Part shown: piece after piece, positions 1-12,522 of the stretch
Position numbering within the stretch: the stretch's first letter is position 1
Layout: each line of letters opens with the position of its first letter
Assembly (NCBI GenBank): GCA_003971905.1
Contig: RSEE01000041.1
Span: forward strand, 62,001-126,000
DNA: 64,000 nucleotides
Source: Moniliella sp. 'wahieum'
Lineage: Eukaryota
Direction: 5' to 3'
Notes under the pieces: generated by a model
Seen by the model: the letters and a program-made list of their open reading frames with translations, nothing else
Told to the model about the DNA's origin: nothing
Databases searched by the model: none
Translations under genes and position numbers: made by a program

Positions 1-534
1 GAACGGGCACGGCAGAGGTGCCGTGGTCGAACAGCCCCACCAGCCTCGTGTGGAGAAGAGGCGTGGTCGTAGGATGAAGGGGAAACATCTTCTTCCATGA
101 CGGCCTCTCCCCCCTCACCCCTCATCAGGGGTGACGTCGGGCGGGCCGGGAGAAGAGCGTGAAAGGGTGGCCTTGTTTGCGAGGCGTGTACCGAGCTTTG
201 CTGGCCCAAAGGGCGGCGTTGGCGAGTCTGGAGGCCAGAGCACGTCTTGCCGCAGGGGAGGAGCGACGAGCTCCTGGGAGGGTGGGTTGAGTGACCGCGC
301 TGATAGCGAAACGCTGCCGCTCGGGAGCAGCTAGCAGCAAGCCGCCGCCCCCACGCGTGTGGGCTTCATAACCACACGCCCAATCTGCCTCTTGGCCACT
401 CTCTCTCGCTAGTCTTAGCGTTTAACAGGACTCAGACGTGTGTTGGGCTGAGAAGTCTTGTTCAGCGGCTTGGGGCACGCGTGGGTGTGGGCGTGTGGAT
501 GCGCCGCCCCGTGCGGGTGTGGCGCGTAGTGTCA
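1..534 (-). mobile_element. Possible LTR / repeat remnant (inner boundary unknown)
   Basis: Minus strand begins TGAC at 534 and contains AGCCGCTGAACA...CTCAGCCC, also present near the TGAC start of the element at 14273. No TSD or coding domain identified. Confidence 0.3.
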
Positions 535-653
535 ATCATCGATCATCGAACATGAATCGCATCTCCCTTTGCCCGACGCGACGCGACACACCGCCGCTCT
601 TGCCGTCTCCACCGTCTGGGAGGCCGTCGATCGCCCTGTCTGCGTCGGGCACC

Positions 654-2463
654 ATGTCCAGCGCCGCGCTGCCCACCCTCTCCGGCCCGCCCCCCCCCGC
701 CGGCGTGCCCGCGCACCCGCGCCGCGCTCGACGCGCCCCACGCGTTGCTCTACCGCCCCCATCGCGCTCGATCCCGCCCAGGCGCGCCATCCGTTTGTGC
801 TGCTCCCGCCTGTGCCTCTCCGTTCTGGCTCCTCCTCGTGCCTCCTCCCCCTCCTCTCCCGTCGTGTTGAGCATGGGCCCGCAGGGCTTCCGCTCGGCCT
901 CTCCCTCCCCGCCTGCCTCCTCCCCCGCCGCCCGCGCCCCTCCTCGGAGCCCCCACGGCCACCGTCAAGCACAACACCTTCAAAGCGCTTCTCACCTCCT
1001 CGGGCACCATTCTCGCTGTCGGCGCCCTGTCCTCTGCGCTCTGTTCCTCGCCCCTCGCTTGGCTTCGCGATCCTACCCTCTTGGCCTTCCCCTCCCAGCT
1101 GGGCCGAGCACACCCTGTCGATCCACACCGCGCTGGCCGCGTCACTGCCCATCAGATCGCCGCTGGCAACACTTCCTCTTGGCCCTCGTCCACACCGCCG
1201 ACGGCCGCCGCACGTTGTCCAATGCGCGGCGGGGTGGAATCCTACCGTGCTGCCCTATGCTGGGCCTTGCACACCGCAGTCCCACACACCGCCCGCCGCC
1301 CTCTTCCTCGCTGCCAGTCACGCCATCCTCCTCCTCTGCATTCTCCTGCTCCCCCCCGCTTTCTGTTACGTCCACGATTTCTCCTTCTATTTCCTTCTCT
1401 TTCGTCTTCTCCCTCGGCGTCTCCTTCTCCTTCTCCTCTCCTTCTCCTTCCCCTCCTCCTTCTCCTTCCGTCACTCCTCCGCCGCCTCCGCTTCCGCGCG
1501 CCAGATCCTGCAGATTGAGGCCGGCTACGACTTTGGCCTCACCCTCGTCTCGGTTCGCACCTCGGCCTCGTCTCTGTCTCTGTCTCCGTCTCCCGATCCA
1601 CCCTCCGAGCACGACACGTCGGAGCGCCAAGTATGGTTTTGGCGCCCCGAGTGGACCGAGGACAAGTCTGGTGCTCAGTGTACGTCTTCTTCCGTCGGTT
1701 CTCTCCTTGGTACTAACCTCTCATCACACACACCATTCTTCTCTTCTCTCCTTTCGTCTCGATTCGTTCATTTTTTCTCCGTCTCTTGGCGCATCTAGCC
1801 CGTTCCGGAGACACCTGTTGCCGAGGCTCCTCGTTGACGGCAGAGCAAGCGTACCGACTGCCTCCGATCCCCGATCTGGAGGATGACAAACAAAACAAGG
1901 AAGTGGTCGTACAAGTAGCCGGCGGGGGCACGTTTGTCGTCGCGCTCACCTCGGCCGGACGCTTGTTCCAACTGAACATCAAGGACGTGCGCACGCCCTC
2001 GGTGCCGTCGTACATCGTGCCGTGCTGGACTGCGCTGTCGCTGCCCACGCTGCGTGCCCAGCGCAACCCGGGCGAGGGCCAAGACGGGCAGATTACGCAC
2101 ATTGCCGCGTCACGGACCAAGCTGGTCGCGTACCGCGCTGCTCCCTCCAGCCAAGGCGGTAGTTTTCTGCTTCTGGGTCAGCAGCCGCAGTCCCCACTGG
2201 CCGAGTGTGCCATCCCGCAGCTCACTCTCCTGCGGCACCTGCAAGGAAGCCAGTTCGTGCCGCCCTCGGCGGTGGGGAATGCGACGCAGTACCATGCGCT
2301 GATCGCGGGGCGAGGTGCTGTGTTATTACCACCGCGCGCCGAACGAGCAGCAGGCACAGCAGGCCCACCAGAGAAACAAAAGAAGAAGGAGAAGAAACAA
2401 GAGAAGAAGGAGATAAAGCAGACGGTCAAAGCAGACAAAGTCAAAACGAGAAGAAGCTGCTAG
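654..2463 (+). CDS. Putative F-box/RCC1-like repeat protein (Saf1-like), frameshifted; may extend to ~3655
   Basis: RCC1/BLIP-II-type segments in successive frames: [75 protein letters not shown]. Long low-complexity inserts; family call from motif recall only. Confidence 0.45.
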
Positions 2464-3829
2464 ATCTGCCGCCCTCAACAACCAAACTCAACGCTCCCTC
2501 GTCCCTTTCCCTCTCCAATCCATTCCCATACCCGTTCCCCTTCCCCTGCCCCTTCCCATACCCCGTCTCAATCCCATACCCGTTCCCATACCAGTTCCCA
2601 TTCCCATACCCACTCCCATACCCATTCCCCGTCTCCATCGCAAGACTCTGTTAGCGAACTGCCTTTTGTTTTTAGCTCGGCTGTTGACTGGGGGGAAGTG
2701 TTGACCGTGGGGCTCGGCTTGGCGCCGCTGCCGCCTTCGACAAAGGGACCTCTGTCACCAGACGATTCTGTCAACCGCCCATCCTCGCCCGTTCCTCTCC
2801 CTTTCCCCCTCGATACAGCATCCCAGGCGTACCTGTGCCCATCTTGAACCCATCGGTGGCCGATCCGACAGAGGGAAGTCTGTCGTAAGACGATTCGGCC
2901 AACTGCCCCCTCGCCCTCACCTCGCTGTCCCCTCTCGATGCACCGTCTCAAGCGTATTACCTGTGTCGATCTTGTACCCACCTGGGGCCGATCGGACCCG
3001 CTTTGCCCACTCGACCATTGAGCTTGCCCCGCTCGCCACTCCAGGCGCTTCCCCGAGCCCTGTTGCGCTGCCCTTGTCCGTGTCGCTGCCGACGCTCGGC
3101 ACCGTCGCACCGCCGCCGTACGCGCTGCCGCGGCCGTGGGAGACGGACGAACAGAGCGAAGAGCACCACGAAGAGCTGATTCAAATTGACGACGACAGGC
3201 GACGGCGTCAGCGGGGGTGGGGTCAGAAGACGGTGGTGGACGGAAGACGTACGAGGACTGGCGGACGCGCTGCTCTCCCGCACGCATGGGTTGGCCCGAG
3301 CGGTGGCGGTGGACCAAGCACAAGAGCTGGATGCCTCTTGTTGGTCACACGGATCGCTTCACAGGTCCCCGCTTCGCCAAGGCGATGGTGCGCCGCGCCG
3401 GAAGGAGGGGCTGCCCATGCCCACCGACCGCTCTTCCCAGACGCTCTTTTGGGCGAACGAAGAACGCGGACGGTGGGGGAAGAAGAAGAAGATGGCGACA
3501 ACGACAACGACAACGACAACCCATCAAGGCGGAGGACAACAACGGGAAGCAGGCCGGCGGCGCGGCGCTGTGGCGGCGCTGGAAGCCCCTGCGGCGCCGT
3601 GTCCCGCCCACCCAACACGGCCCCTGCATGTAATAAGCCACCACAAGCACCGTAAGCATAACTACCGCAAACACACCGTACAAATTCAAGTCACCACAAG
3701 CACAGTACAAGCACCATAACTACGGCAAGCACCATACCCACCCTAATTTCGATGAACCTAATAATCTGAAGATTCCACTATTACTACTACTACTCACCAA
3801 GAACGACCGTGGTGCAAGAGCATTTTTTT

Positions 3830-6800
3830 CTTTTAGTTCTTTGTCCCCTGCAGCATTTCTCCTGTTTTTTTTGTCCTAGTCTGAGCGATCTGATCTAAGC
3901 TCTGAGCATTGAATCCCAGTGGGCGTTAAATGTTTGTTGATTGTTTGGTTGTTTGGTTCCTGCTGGAGGGACTCGAAAGAGGCCCAAAGGCAGCATAATA
4001 TAGAATCCAGACAGACTATCTGTGGAGGTTGTGGCAATGTCCTGGTCCAGCTCAGGCTGTGGTGACTGCAATGCATGCTGAAGCGTGATGAGACCTGGAG
4101 TCCTGATGGTCTTCTCGAAGGTGAGGCAATCGCACTGGTGGTGGTATGGCAACTAGCAATGCCTGCAAAGGAACAGCAATCACATTTTTTGGTCCACGCA
4201 ACAGGGCCCAGGGCAACAACGGCCGGCGGCGAGTCTGCAGACATAGCCTTGCTCGGGGGACTGGAGCGTGCCTGCATCCTGTTTCCCTCTTTGCGATCCA
4301 AGTCAATGGTCACCAATCATATCGTTAGTCATTCGACCCCTTCTGACATCCATTGCAGTCATGGATATCTATGACGGTCCTAGATTGAGGACGACAACGA
4401 GTGTGTCATAGATATCAAGTGAATAACGCAGCTGTTCTCGATGACGGGGACGGTAGTGATGTCCATGATGTCAGATACGAAATGGATGTCATTCAACTTA
4501 ATAGATCAAGCCCAGGCGATGTATATACCCCAAACTAGGTCACCACATCCTGCAGTGAGCCCAACGGATCACAAGTGAACCTGACATGGAATCAAACATG
4601 CGCGCCATATCAGTGGTTTGCCACTATGTGAGGCCTCTCCAAGGAAAAAAGCTGTGTCGCCGAGTCAATTGATCGAAAACGAAATCCTGTGTTTGGCGAT
4701 CTTGACATGGCCCAGTTATCGCATGGCAGGCTTTCTCTGTTTCCGTTCGAACTGGTAGGCATATCATTGAGACCAGGTTAAGAGAAAAAATGCACCGAGA
4801 TCCCGTAGGCAGTGTTCTCTGAAATAGATTGTTTCGCGTACACATTTCTTCTTCTGGATATATTGCACCAAACAGGTGGGTTTTCAGAGTGCGGTCACAA
4901 CCATAGCACTATTTAACTACTTTAATCATTGGATGGAGGGACAGCAGGCAACATGTCAAACAAAATAAAACCGAAAAATCGATCAGATCTAAGTGCAACT
5001 TGTACCAGGTAGTTTACACAACGACATTAATGCTGGCCGGAATGCAACAAAAGGACTTGGTATGTGAGAATGAGAACAAAGCATTCTATTCGATGTTAAA
5101 CCACAGGGTGTACAGGTAAAACTCTGATTCCCTTGTTGCCGTTTGAAAATATTTGAATGCTTTTCATTCAAAGTTGGAGTATCATTCTTGGTATCTCATC
5201 CGCTGAAAATGTAGGCCATCTCATAAGTGGTTTCCCTCGGGATCATTCGGAAAAATGATTTATTTCCGCCATGCACTCAGTATGGCGATTTAAACATTGT
5301 CTAGTTTGGATGACGCTCATATTCCCCATAGCGACAGGCCAAACAACAGCACCTGAATCGGAATATATGTGATCCAAGGGAGCTCTCGAGTTCCGCATCA
5401 CGACCCATCAGGTGATCCGTAAGGTTACCGTATCAGGTGGCGTTCCTGGAGGACCTATATCTCAACAGCTTGCTTTGACACTTTGTCTGATGGCAGCCTT
5501 GCAGCTGATCCATAGAATTGCGAGTACGCTTAAGTGCACACTCGCGTTAGGTCCTCCTAAATGTGATTGCTTACTATTTTAGGACCAATATCACGTTGCG
5601 GTATGAGCAAGCCGGTCAATAATGATAGCAGCGTCTCTACTATTTACACTGAACTCCAGCAGTAACACAATTGCACAAGTAAATGAAGTCACAACCTGTA
5701 ATAAGAAAAGAAATTGAGAAACATTACGGGATGAATGCCCGCACCAAGATGGGGGTCAGACGATGTTTCTTCTGACTTTTTATTGGTCAGCCCAATCCCA
5801 TTTTGTGACTGTATCCGTACTGAACAACGTTGCAGTGATTTGGAACTCACATATTGCCGACGGGAGAGAATCAGCAAATCCTCTGAGAACATTTACTAGT
5901 AACTTCGAATGTATTGATTCGCAAGCACTTACAAAAATAGCACCCCCAATAAGCAGGGCAACAACTTGACACACTCTTCCGACTAGTCAGAGGGTATCAA
6001 TTCCTTGGTGTTTGGTACAGTGGGTATATAGCTCCATGGCGATATCAAGAGAGTTGGAAAAAAATCTTTTTTGGCATCTCGTGAACGTCTCCTTCATACC
6101 ATTGGCTCAAGCATCAATCTACCTTTGGTGGAGGAACATAGAAGGATAACTGCTCCACAAGTTCGTGGAAACAAGACTGTCGGCGAAACTATCGTTCATG
6201 CCCCTCGGATAAAATGCCAACTCGCACGTGGGTGCTCATCAAAACAATCATCTTACTTTGGGAGGATGTGCGCCCGATATGCCCCTACGATGGCAAGAAA
6301 GATATTCAGGCACAAAAAAATGAGATTCCGGCTGTTCATCATATAGCCGGGGCATACTCCGGTGTCTCCATGCACAGGAGATCGGGATTGAGAACCACGT
6401 AGCGGGTGTCATTCTCCCGTATTGTAAAACGGATTATGGGTTACATAAGTCCATTCTCGAGCAGCATTTCTTTACCCAGCCTCCCACTCATATTCAGCAG
6501 TAGATCGATTGATGAGGCTTAGAATGTCGTACCATAACATTGAATGGTTTATTCCGTTTTGGGTCTGGGCGGTCTACGTCGGACATCGTGGAGTTTGGGC
6601 GAAACAAAAATTAACCTAAGTAGTAGTACGGAAACGGTATTTTGGGTCCAAAACTCTCCGAGTGACAAGAGCAACGATACCCCATTGACACTACTGACCC
6701 AGCTCGCAATGGTTCTACTATCCGGAGAAGGTCAAACAGCGTTAATCTGCACCGATAGTGTCAGCCGCACTCATCCCCTACATCAATGTTTGTTTAACCA

Positions 6801-8750
6801 ACCTCAATTACGGAGTTGATGTACCCGATGGGGATCAGTGACAGGATATCTCATCGGGGGTATTAGAGGAGGATTGTGGTCCAACTTCATTCGCTTTCCC
6901 TCCTCCATAACTGGATGTGAAAAACAACGGTAATGAGTAAGTGTTCCCTTGAATGCAGCGTTATCGAAATTGATGTAAAAGGTGGAAACCTCCATGATGG
7001 ATCCGTCGCGCTGAGTTGTATATTTACGCTGGTGATAGCGTAAATATTCACTTCGCTATTAATGTTGGTGGGGCGGATGTAATCGAAACTCGTGAATAAA
7101 GGAGCTTTCGTAATTGCTAGCGAGTGAGAGGGGGGCGTGGCGGTAAGATGCTCAAGGGGACAGATCCAAACAGCGACTACCATATTGTTGCTTTACGTTT
7201 TTTGGTTTCTCGATGGCAATTATCGCATTCCAAAGCAATGTCAAACTTCAATAGAGACAAGGAACCGGGGCACATATCAATTTTGATTGTCGGGACTATC
7301 CTGCTTGTTCTTTCAACCCATTCAAGTGGGCAGTTGAGTTCCAAACAGTTCGGTGGTCTGTATTTCCCGCGATTCGTTTTCAAACAGGATCAATAGGTCA
7401 CAGCGCCTAAGTGATAGATATCAGCAAGAACCTCGGACTCTCGTAGATATGGGGGGCACAAGCTGGTGGAGTAAAATCTTTGCGTGGCCTTAACTAAGAA
7501 GGTCAGAGAAACACGTCGTTGTACCCGCTGGGGTCCCGCAGTCCTCGGGGGCGTAGGTTCCATTACCACTTTCATCTCCATGGAGCAATGGAAGGCGAGC
7601 ATTGGATGGGGTAGAAGTGGTGTGGATGCAATCCGGCGAAAGACAGCCCGGAGGCACAACCAGAAGTAGGTCGAACAGAGGGCTAGACGGAGCCGCCTCG
7701 CATACAATCCCTACTATCAAAACCAGACCAAAAGGCATTGTGTGTTGCGTTAAGTCGGCTCTGTCGGCTTCTATTCCAACCATGACCCATACTATGCAAA
7801 TCTTACTGGCATCTACTTCTATGGGGCTCTTCACAAGTCGTGTCTGCACGCGTAAAGAAGAGACAGCCACCCTTCGCTCAAGGGCATCCCCTCACCACAT
7901 GGCCGATGCCTTTGCCTCCAGCATGCGTCCATCCTTGAGAAAACTTACTATCGCTTTTTGGCACCCACCTCTCTATCGCCGAAAAGCTCCGGCAGGATTG
8001 GTCAACTCCTGACAAACTAAAAAGGAGGGCTCCTTCCAGCGAGACCGAATTCACAAGTAATGAAGTGAAATGCAAGTGAAATCGCCAGATAGAGCCACAT
8101 GTCACTGCCGAGGCCCGCCATGGGCTCACCCAGGTTTGTGGGGTACAATACCTTCATACTCCGCAGGACGACGTCCGGTAGTTGCGGGCTTGGGCTAGTT
8201 GGTGTATCCCAGGAGAGCTAGGGGCAGGTAGAGGGAGTGGAGGACACTGTAACAGTCGGGGCTAAACGAAGGAGACCAAGGTCCTGTCAGGGGCGGGGGG
8301 AAAGGCGAAATCATTCGCGGGAGGAAACAGAAGGCATCAGGCAGAGAACAGAAGCAAAAGGCAAGGGAAGAGCGAGAGACACAGGATGCAGAATTGGAAA
8401 TTGGAGCGAGCTTAGTCATTCGGTGACAGACACACACTACCAGAACTGTGCGCGTGGACGGGGGCGACTGGCGACGTGGCTGGAAAGGATCCCACGTGAT
8501 AAGCTGGTACGGGGAATGGGCGCGGCTGAAAGAAGGCTCGCGTAACTGGGCGGGTAGAAAACTGGTGGACGAGGTTGGAAGATGAGGAGGAGGCCAAGTG
8601 GAGACGAGGTTGCCTGCATTGAATGAATTGGCTGTGGGAAACGTGCAGGAGTTGGACAGACAAGGCAGGAAGGGGCGAGAATGGAAGGTAGGGAAAAGGA
8701 TCCCCACCACGCAGGGGTACAGGCTTGATCAAAAGGGAAAACTTATACAA
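3830..8750 (-). other. Low-GC island with an unidentified, intron-dense, probably decayed gene or DNA transposon
   Basis: GC drops sharply (5161-5220 is 23/60 GC versus 54/60 at 661-720). No long ORF, but closely spaced minus-strand GT..AG intron candidates at 6802-6747, 5932-5883, 5850-5772, 5744-5696 and 5574-5529, several with CTAAC/CTGAC branch sites. Cys/His-rich peptide fragments. Confidence 0.5.
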
Positions 8751-11328
8751 TAGGCCGGGGGTATAGAAAGGAAAACATGCCAAAAGGGGTTGGTTGCCGC
8801 AGATGCTTGCAAAACAGAGAAAGGAAAAGGAAGTGGTGACGGAGCGACAGTCGTCGCAAAGATACCGGAAACTTGGTGGTCTCTTTTAGGCCATGCGAAT
8901 TGGACTTGGACGCGGGCGACTATTGTCGCGCAGATGCATGGCACCTCGGGCCACCGTACATGGTTTAACCACAGCCATCATCATACTTGATTGGACTTCG
9001 GAGCGTGCTCTACTGGGTATATGCAGAGAAGGCGGGCCTTATCTTGGGTCAACAGACCATCTTAGAACCAAGGCAGCCCGTAACACAGCAGTGCTATCGA
9101 TGCTTTTACCAAGGATGAGACCCTTGTTTGCACGACTCCCACAAAAAATGAGCTCAACTATCATATTACTTGACACCTCCCTGCCACTTCTCTCTTTGCT
9201 TTGGGCAGTGGGCAATATAGCCCGTCGGGATCTTATTCTTGATCGCAAGCGCCTGCTTCCTTCCATCGGGCGCCGAGGTACGATGATGAATCAAGAATGT
9301 GAAGGACTTGTAAAGCGTCCACGAAAGACACAAGCAAGCCCTTTCACACCGCGAACGTCTAGCTCACCTCCAACTGACGGGAATCAGACGTCTGTTCCTT
9401 ACGCTCATGCCGTTTCGCTGTTGTGCCTTTTGTCGGCCTCGTATCAGAGAGAGTCGACCGTTCGTTCTGAATCAGCGCTCCGTATCGACTGATATGGAAC
9501 GCGTCAGTATCGGATTGCAGTCCTTGGTTTTTCTTATAAAGAAGGTATATGGGCTTGTCCTTGAACTGACATTCTGCTACTACGGAACTTCACTGTCACA
9601 TGATGTGGACCACATGTACTGACTACACCAAGCTCATCCCTTTACCCACACGCATCGTCCCTCTCATGGTCGGTGTGGGGCACCTAACCCAGAACTGAGG
9701 AAAGCCCATTTGGGGGCACGTGGTGTGGCCTGCCCCGTTCACTGGGCGTACGCAGCTGCAGCGAATAGGCGCGCAGCTGCTCCATTTGTCCGCTCCTGTA
9801 CGCATCAACAGAGACCTCAACCGCCACTTGCACGTGGGAAATATCTCCCTTTTTATATTAAGTAAAAAATGCTGCACGCGTTCATCCCGCCCAATATAGG
9901 CCAGTCCCTCCCTTTCTTCCCCCCCGTCGGAGGCGGTCAAGCGACCTCCCCGCCCGAGGGAGTGTGAGCGGAGAGGCAGGAAGTCTTATGAAAAGATCGC
10001 GATCTGGCAACCCGACTGTCTTCCTACTCCTCTCGTCAGGTCAAGGCTCACTGAGAGAGGCTTCATTTCAAGAGGATATCGAGCTGTATCCGAATGGGGT
10101 TGTACGGCTGGACCGAGGTTGGGTGCAGATGACATGATGGGCGGTGGACGTTCATGGTTCTCTTCACAGATTACCTTGATTACCTTTATACATCTTTTAT
10201 CGCCCTTAGTTTATTGACTCCTTTTTCTGTCCTTCCTTTGTCCTTTGCCGTTCTAACGCTTGGCTCTCTTCATTTCTCAAAGGATTGTTAGCTTTCCACA
10301 TGTTCTTATTTTAGCCTCGTCACATGTCACAGGGCATCAGGGCTGCACGCCCCTCCAACACACATTAATATGTTCGCGCGCGTTACGGTGATGACGCCTC
10401 AGGTCTCACGCCGGCTCTTCAGGCATCTTTCTTTCTTTTCGCGAATCTGGCTGGTGGGTGGGTAGGTGGACCACGTCGTCCTCTGTGCAGTTCCCGTATG
10501 CACGCCCGTGTCCGCGTTTCCTTGCTCTTCCCCTCGCCGTTTGCCGTATCCGTGTCGTAAAGTGGGGTTGGGGGTTGATGCATCAACAGTTGCCAATAAG
10601 GCAATGAGCTTATATCACGCATCAGATGCCCACGCCGCCGAGGTCCGTGAGCACGTTTTGCAGTTACCTGCCCGACCCACGCCCTGTGTGTAGGTCACTG
10701 ATGTCCCTCTCCTTGGCTGAGTGAAGAACAGAGCACAAGCCATGTGCTACTCAAAGCCTGTCCCAGATGCCTCCTCCTGTGAGAACTACATTTTCCTTCC
10801 GCCGTTGCTGCTCCGGATGGCTTGCAGTTTGAGCCGCTGATCAGAGCCGGCGCTGGGCGAGAGTACCAAAGCTGATGAGCCAGCGCCCCCATACGTAACG
10901 CAGCTAACAAACTGATCCGTGCGACCAATAGCGGAATTAAGCAGAGTGATCTTCAGTTTCCACGTACCTTCAACATGGCAGGGGCGGTCTTAAGCGCCTT
11001 CAAAGCGTTTTTTTTTCCAGTTTTCATTACTCCTATCCACTCCTATCCTCAATCCCGCCGCTTCTACTACCAGCGCCCCGCTCAGCCCACCTGTAATGCT
11101 TTGCTACGACTACCTCCTCTACAGAAACCGTATTCGACAAGCTAGGCCCGACACGCGGCTTGCCCAGGGGCAGAAAACACACGGACGGTTTATTAGCCTA
11201 AGAATCAACCCTCTGGGAGAGGAAAGAAAGAATAGAGAACACTTGGGAATGGGAAAAGTGCCATTGTGGTTTGCTCACAACGCGGTTGAGCGGGATCATG
11301 AATGATGGGGGAAGGGCCCACCGGGCAC

Positions 11329-12522
11329 TCACCAAGCCGTGTGGCCACCGTCAATCACCACGTCGCTGCCCGTGCAGAACGACGAGGCCTCCGAGGCCAA
11401 AAAACGGCAATGCCCTTAAACTCATGCGGGCGTCCAATGCGCCCCAACGGGTTGCCGCCCGTCATGTTACCCAAAATGCTGGGGTTGGTCGTGATGAGTT
11501 GGTTGAGCATGGCCGTGCCCACGTACCCTGGGCTGACCGAGTTGACGCGAATCTTGTACGGTCCCCATTCGCAGGCCAAGTTGCGCACCAACTGGGCCAC
11601 GGCGGCCTTGGATGCATTGTATGCGCACGAATACACGCCCCGGTTCGCCACACGGCCCGACATGGAGGCAATCACCATAATCGACGACGACTTTCCGTGG
11701 CGGGCCATGATGCGGGCGGCAGTTTGGCAGGTAATGAACGTGCCCGTCACATTGATCCGTTGCATCTTCTCAAAGTCCTCGTGCGGTAATCAAACGCTGG
11801 AACCTCCTGTTGCGTAGCAGCACAGGCAAGCACGACCCGGAGCAACTTGGCGGCTTGTCGCTCGCCGCCGCATCGGCCTCAATCTCCTCTTCAATGCCAC
11901 CAAACACCTCGGCCACTTGCGCGGAATGGGTAATGTCCATCTGGCGGTAGGCCACCTTGACGCCCAACTTGTCCGCCTTGTCTTTCAGCGCCTTCCACTC
12001 GTCCTCCGAGGGCTTGTCCAAAATATCAACACAGTACACGTCGGCTCCGGCCTCGGCCATCGCGGCCGCTAGCGTAATGCCCAAGCCACGTGCGCCACCA
12101 GTCACTACATAGATGGAGACAAGTCAGTGGTAACCCATTGAATGCTACCCAACACGCGAAAGAGGGAACGTACCGATAGCCGAGCGGCCGCGCAAGGAAA
12201 AGAGGGTAAAGATCTCGGGCTCATTGGCAATTGCCTCGGAAACCACCTGGGAGGGAGCCTTGAGCATGTCGAGCTCGCGGTTGAAGCGCTCCTCGACAAA
12301 CGACTTGGAGCGTTCCTTGGACTGGGGGGGCAAGCCGCGGTCCAGGGCATGGAGCGGGCTGGCCGGGCGGGTGGCAAGGGCAATGGGCGCATCGCCATAG
12401 ATATCGCTCGGGCGGCGACCCGAGGAGCCATGGCTGCTGCGCCGGGCGGTGGTCTCGGCGGCAGTGTTGGGGTCGTCGAGGGACGTGAGGGAGAGGCCTT
12501 GCGCAAGACGGTTGCCAGACAT
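11329..12522 (-). CDS. Short-chain dehydrogenase/reductase (D-arabinitol 2-dehydrogenase / sorbose reductase-like)
   Basis: FSLRGRSAI|intron 12173-12105|VTGGARGLG (NAD-binding), IASMSG, catalytic YNASK, IRVNSVSPGY, C-terminal GSDVVIDGGHTAW-stop at 11329. Small frameshifts. Confidence 0.9.

Noticed and set aside
9620..9939. Third possible solo LTR bounded by TGAC...GTCA
   Set aside because: No TSD (TGTAC versus AGCGA) and only low-complexity similarity to the other candidates.
3830..10320. Endogenous RNA-virus (Mononegavirales L / RdRp) insertion as the explanation for the low-GC island
   Set aside because: The QQGNQ peptide near 5130 lacks GDN/GDD context, no other RdRp motifs were found, and spliceosomal intron signals argue for a nuclear gene or TE.
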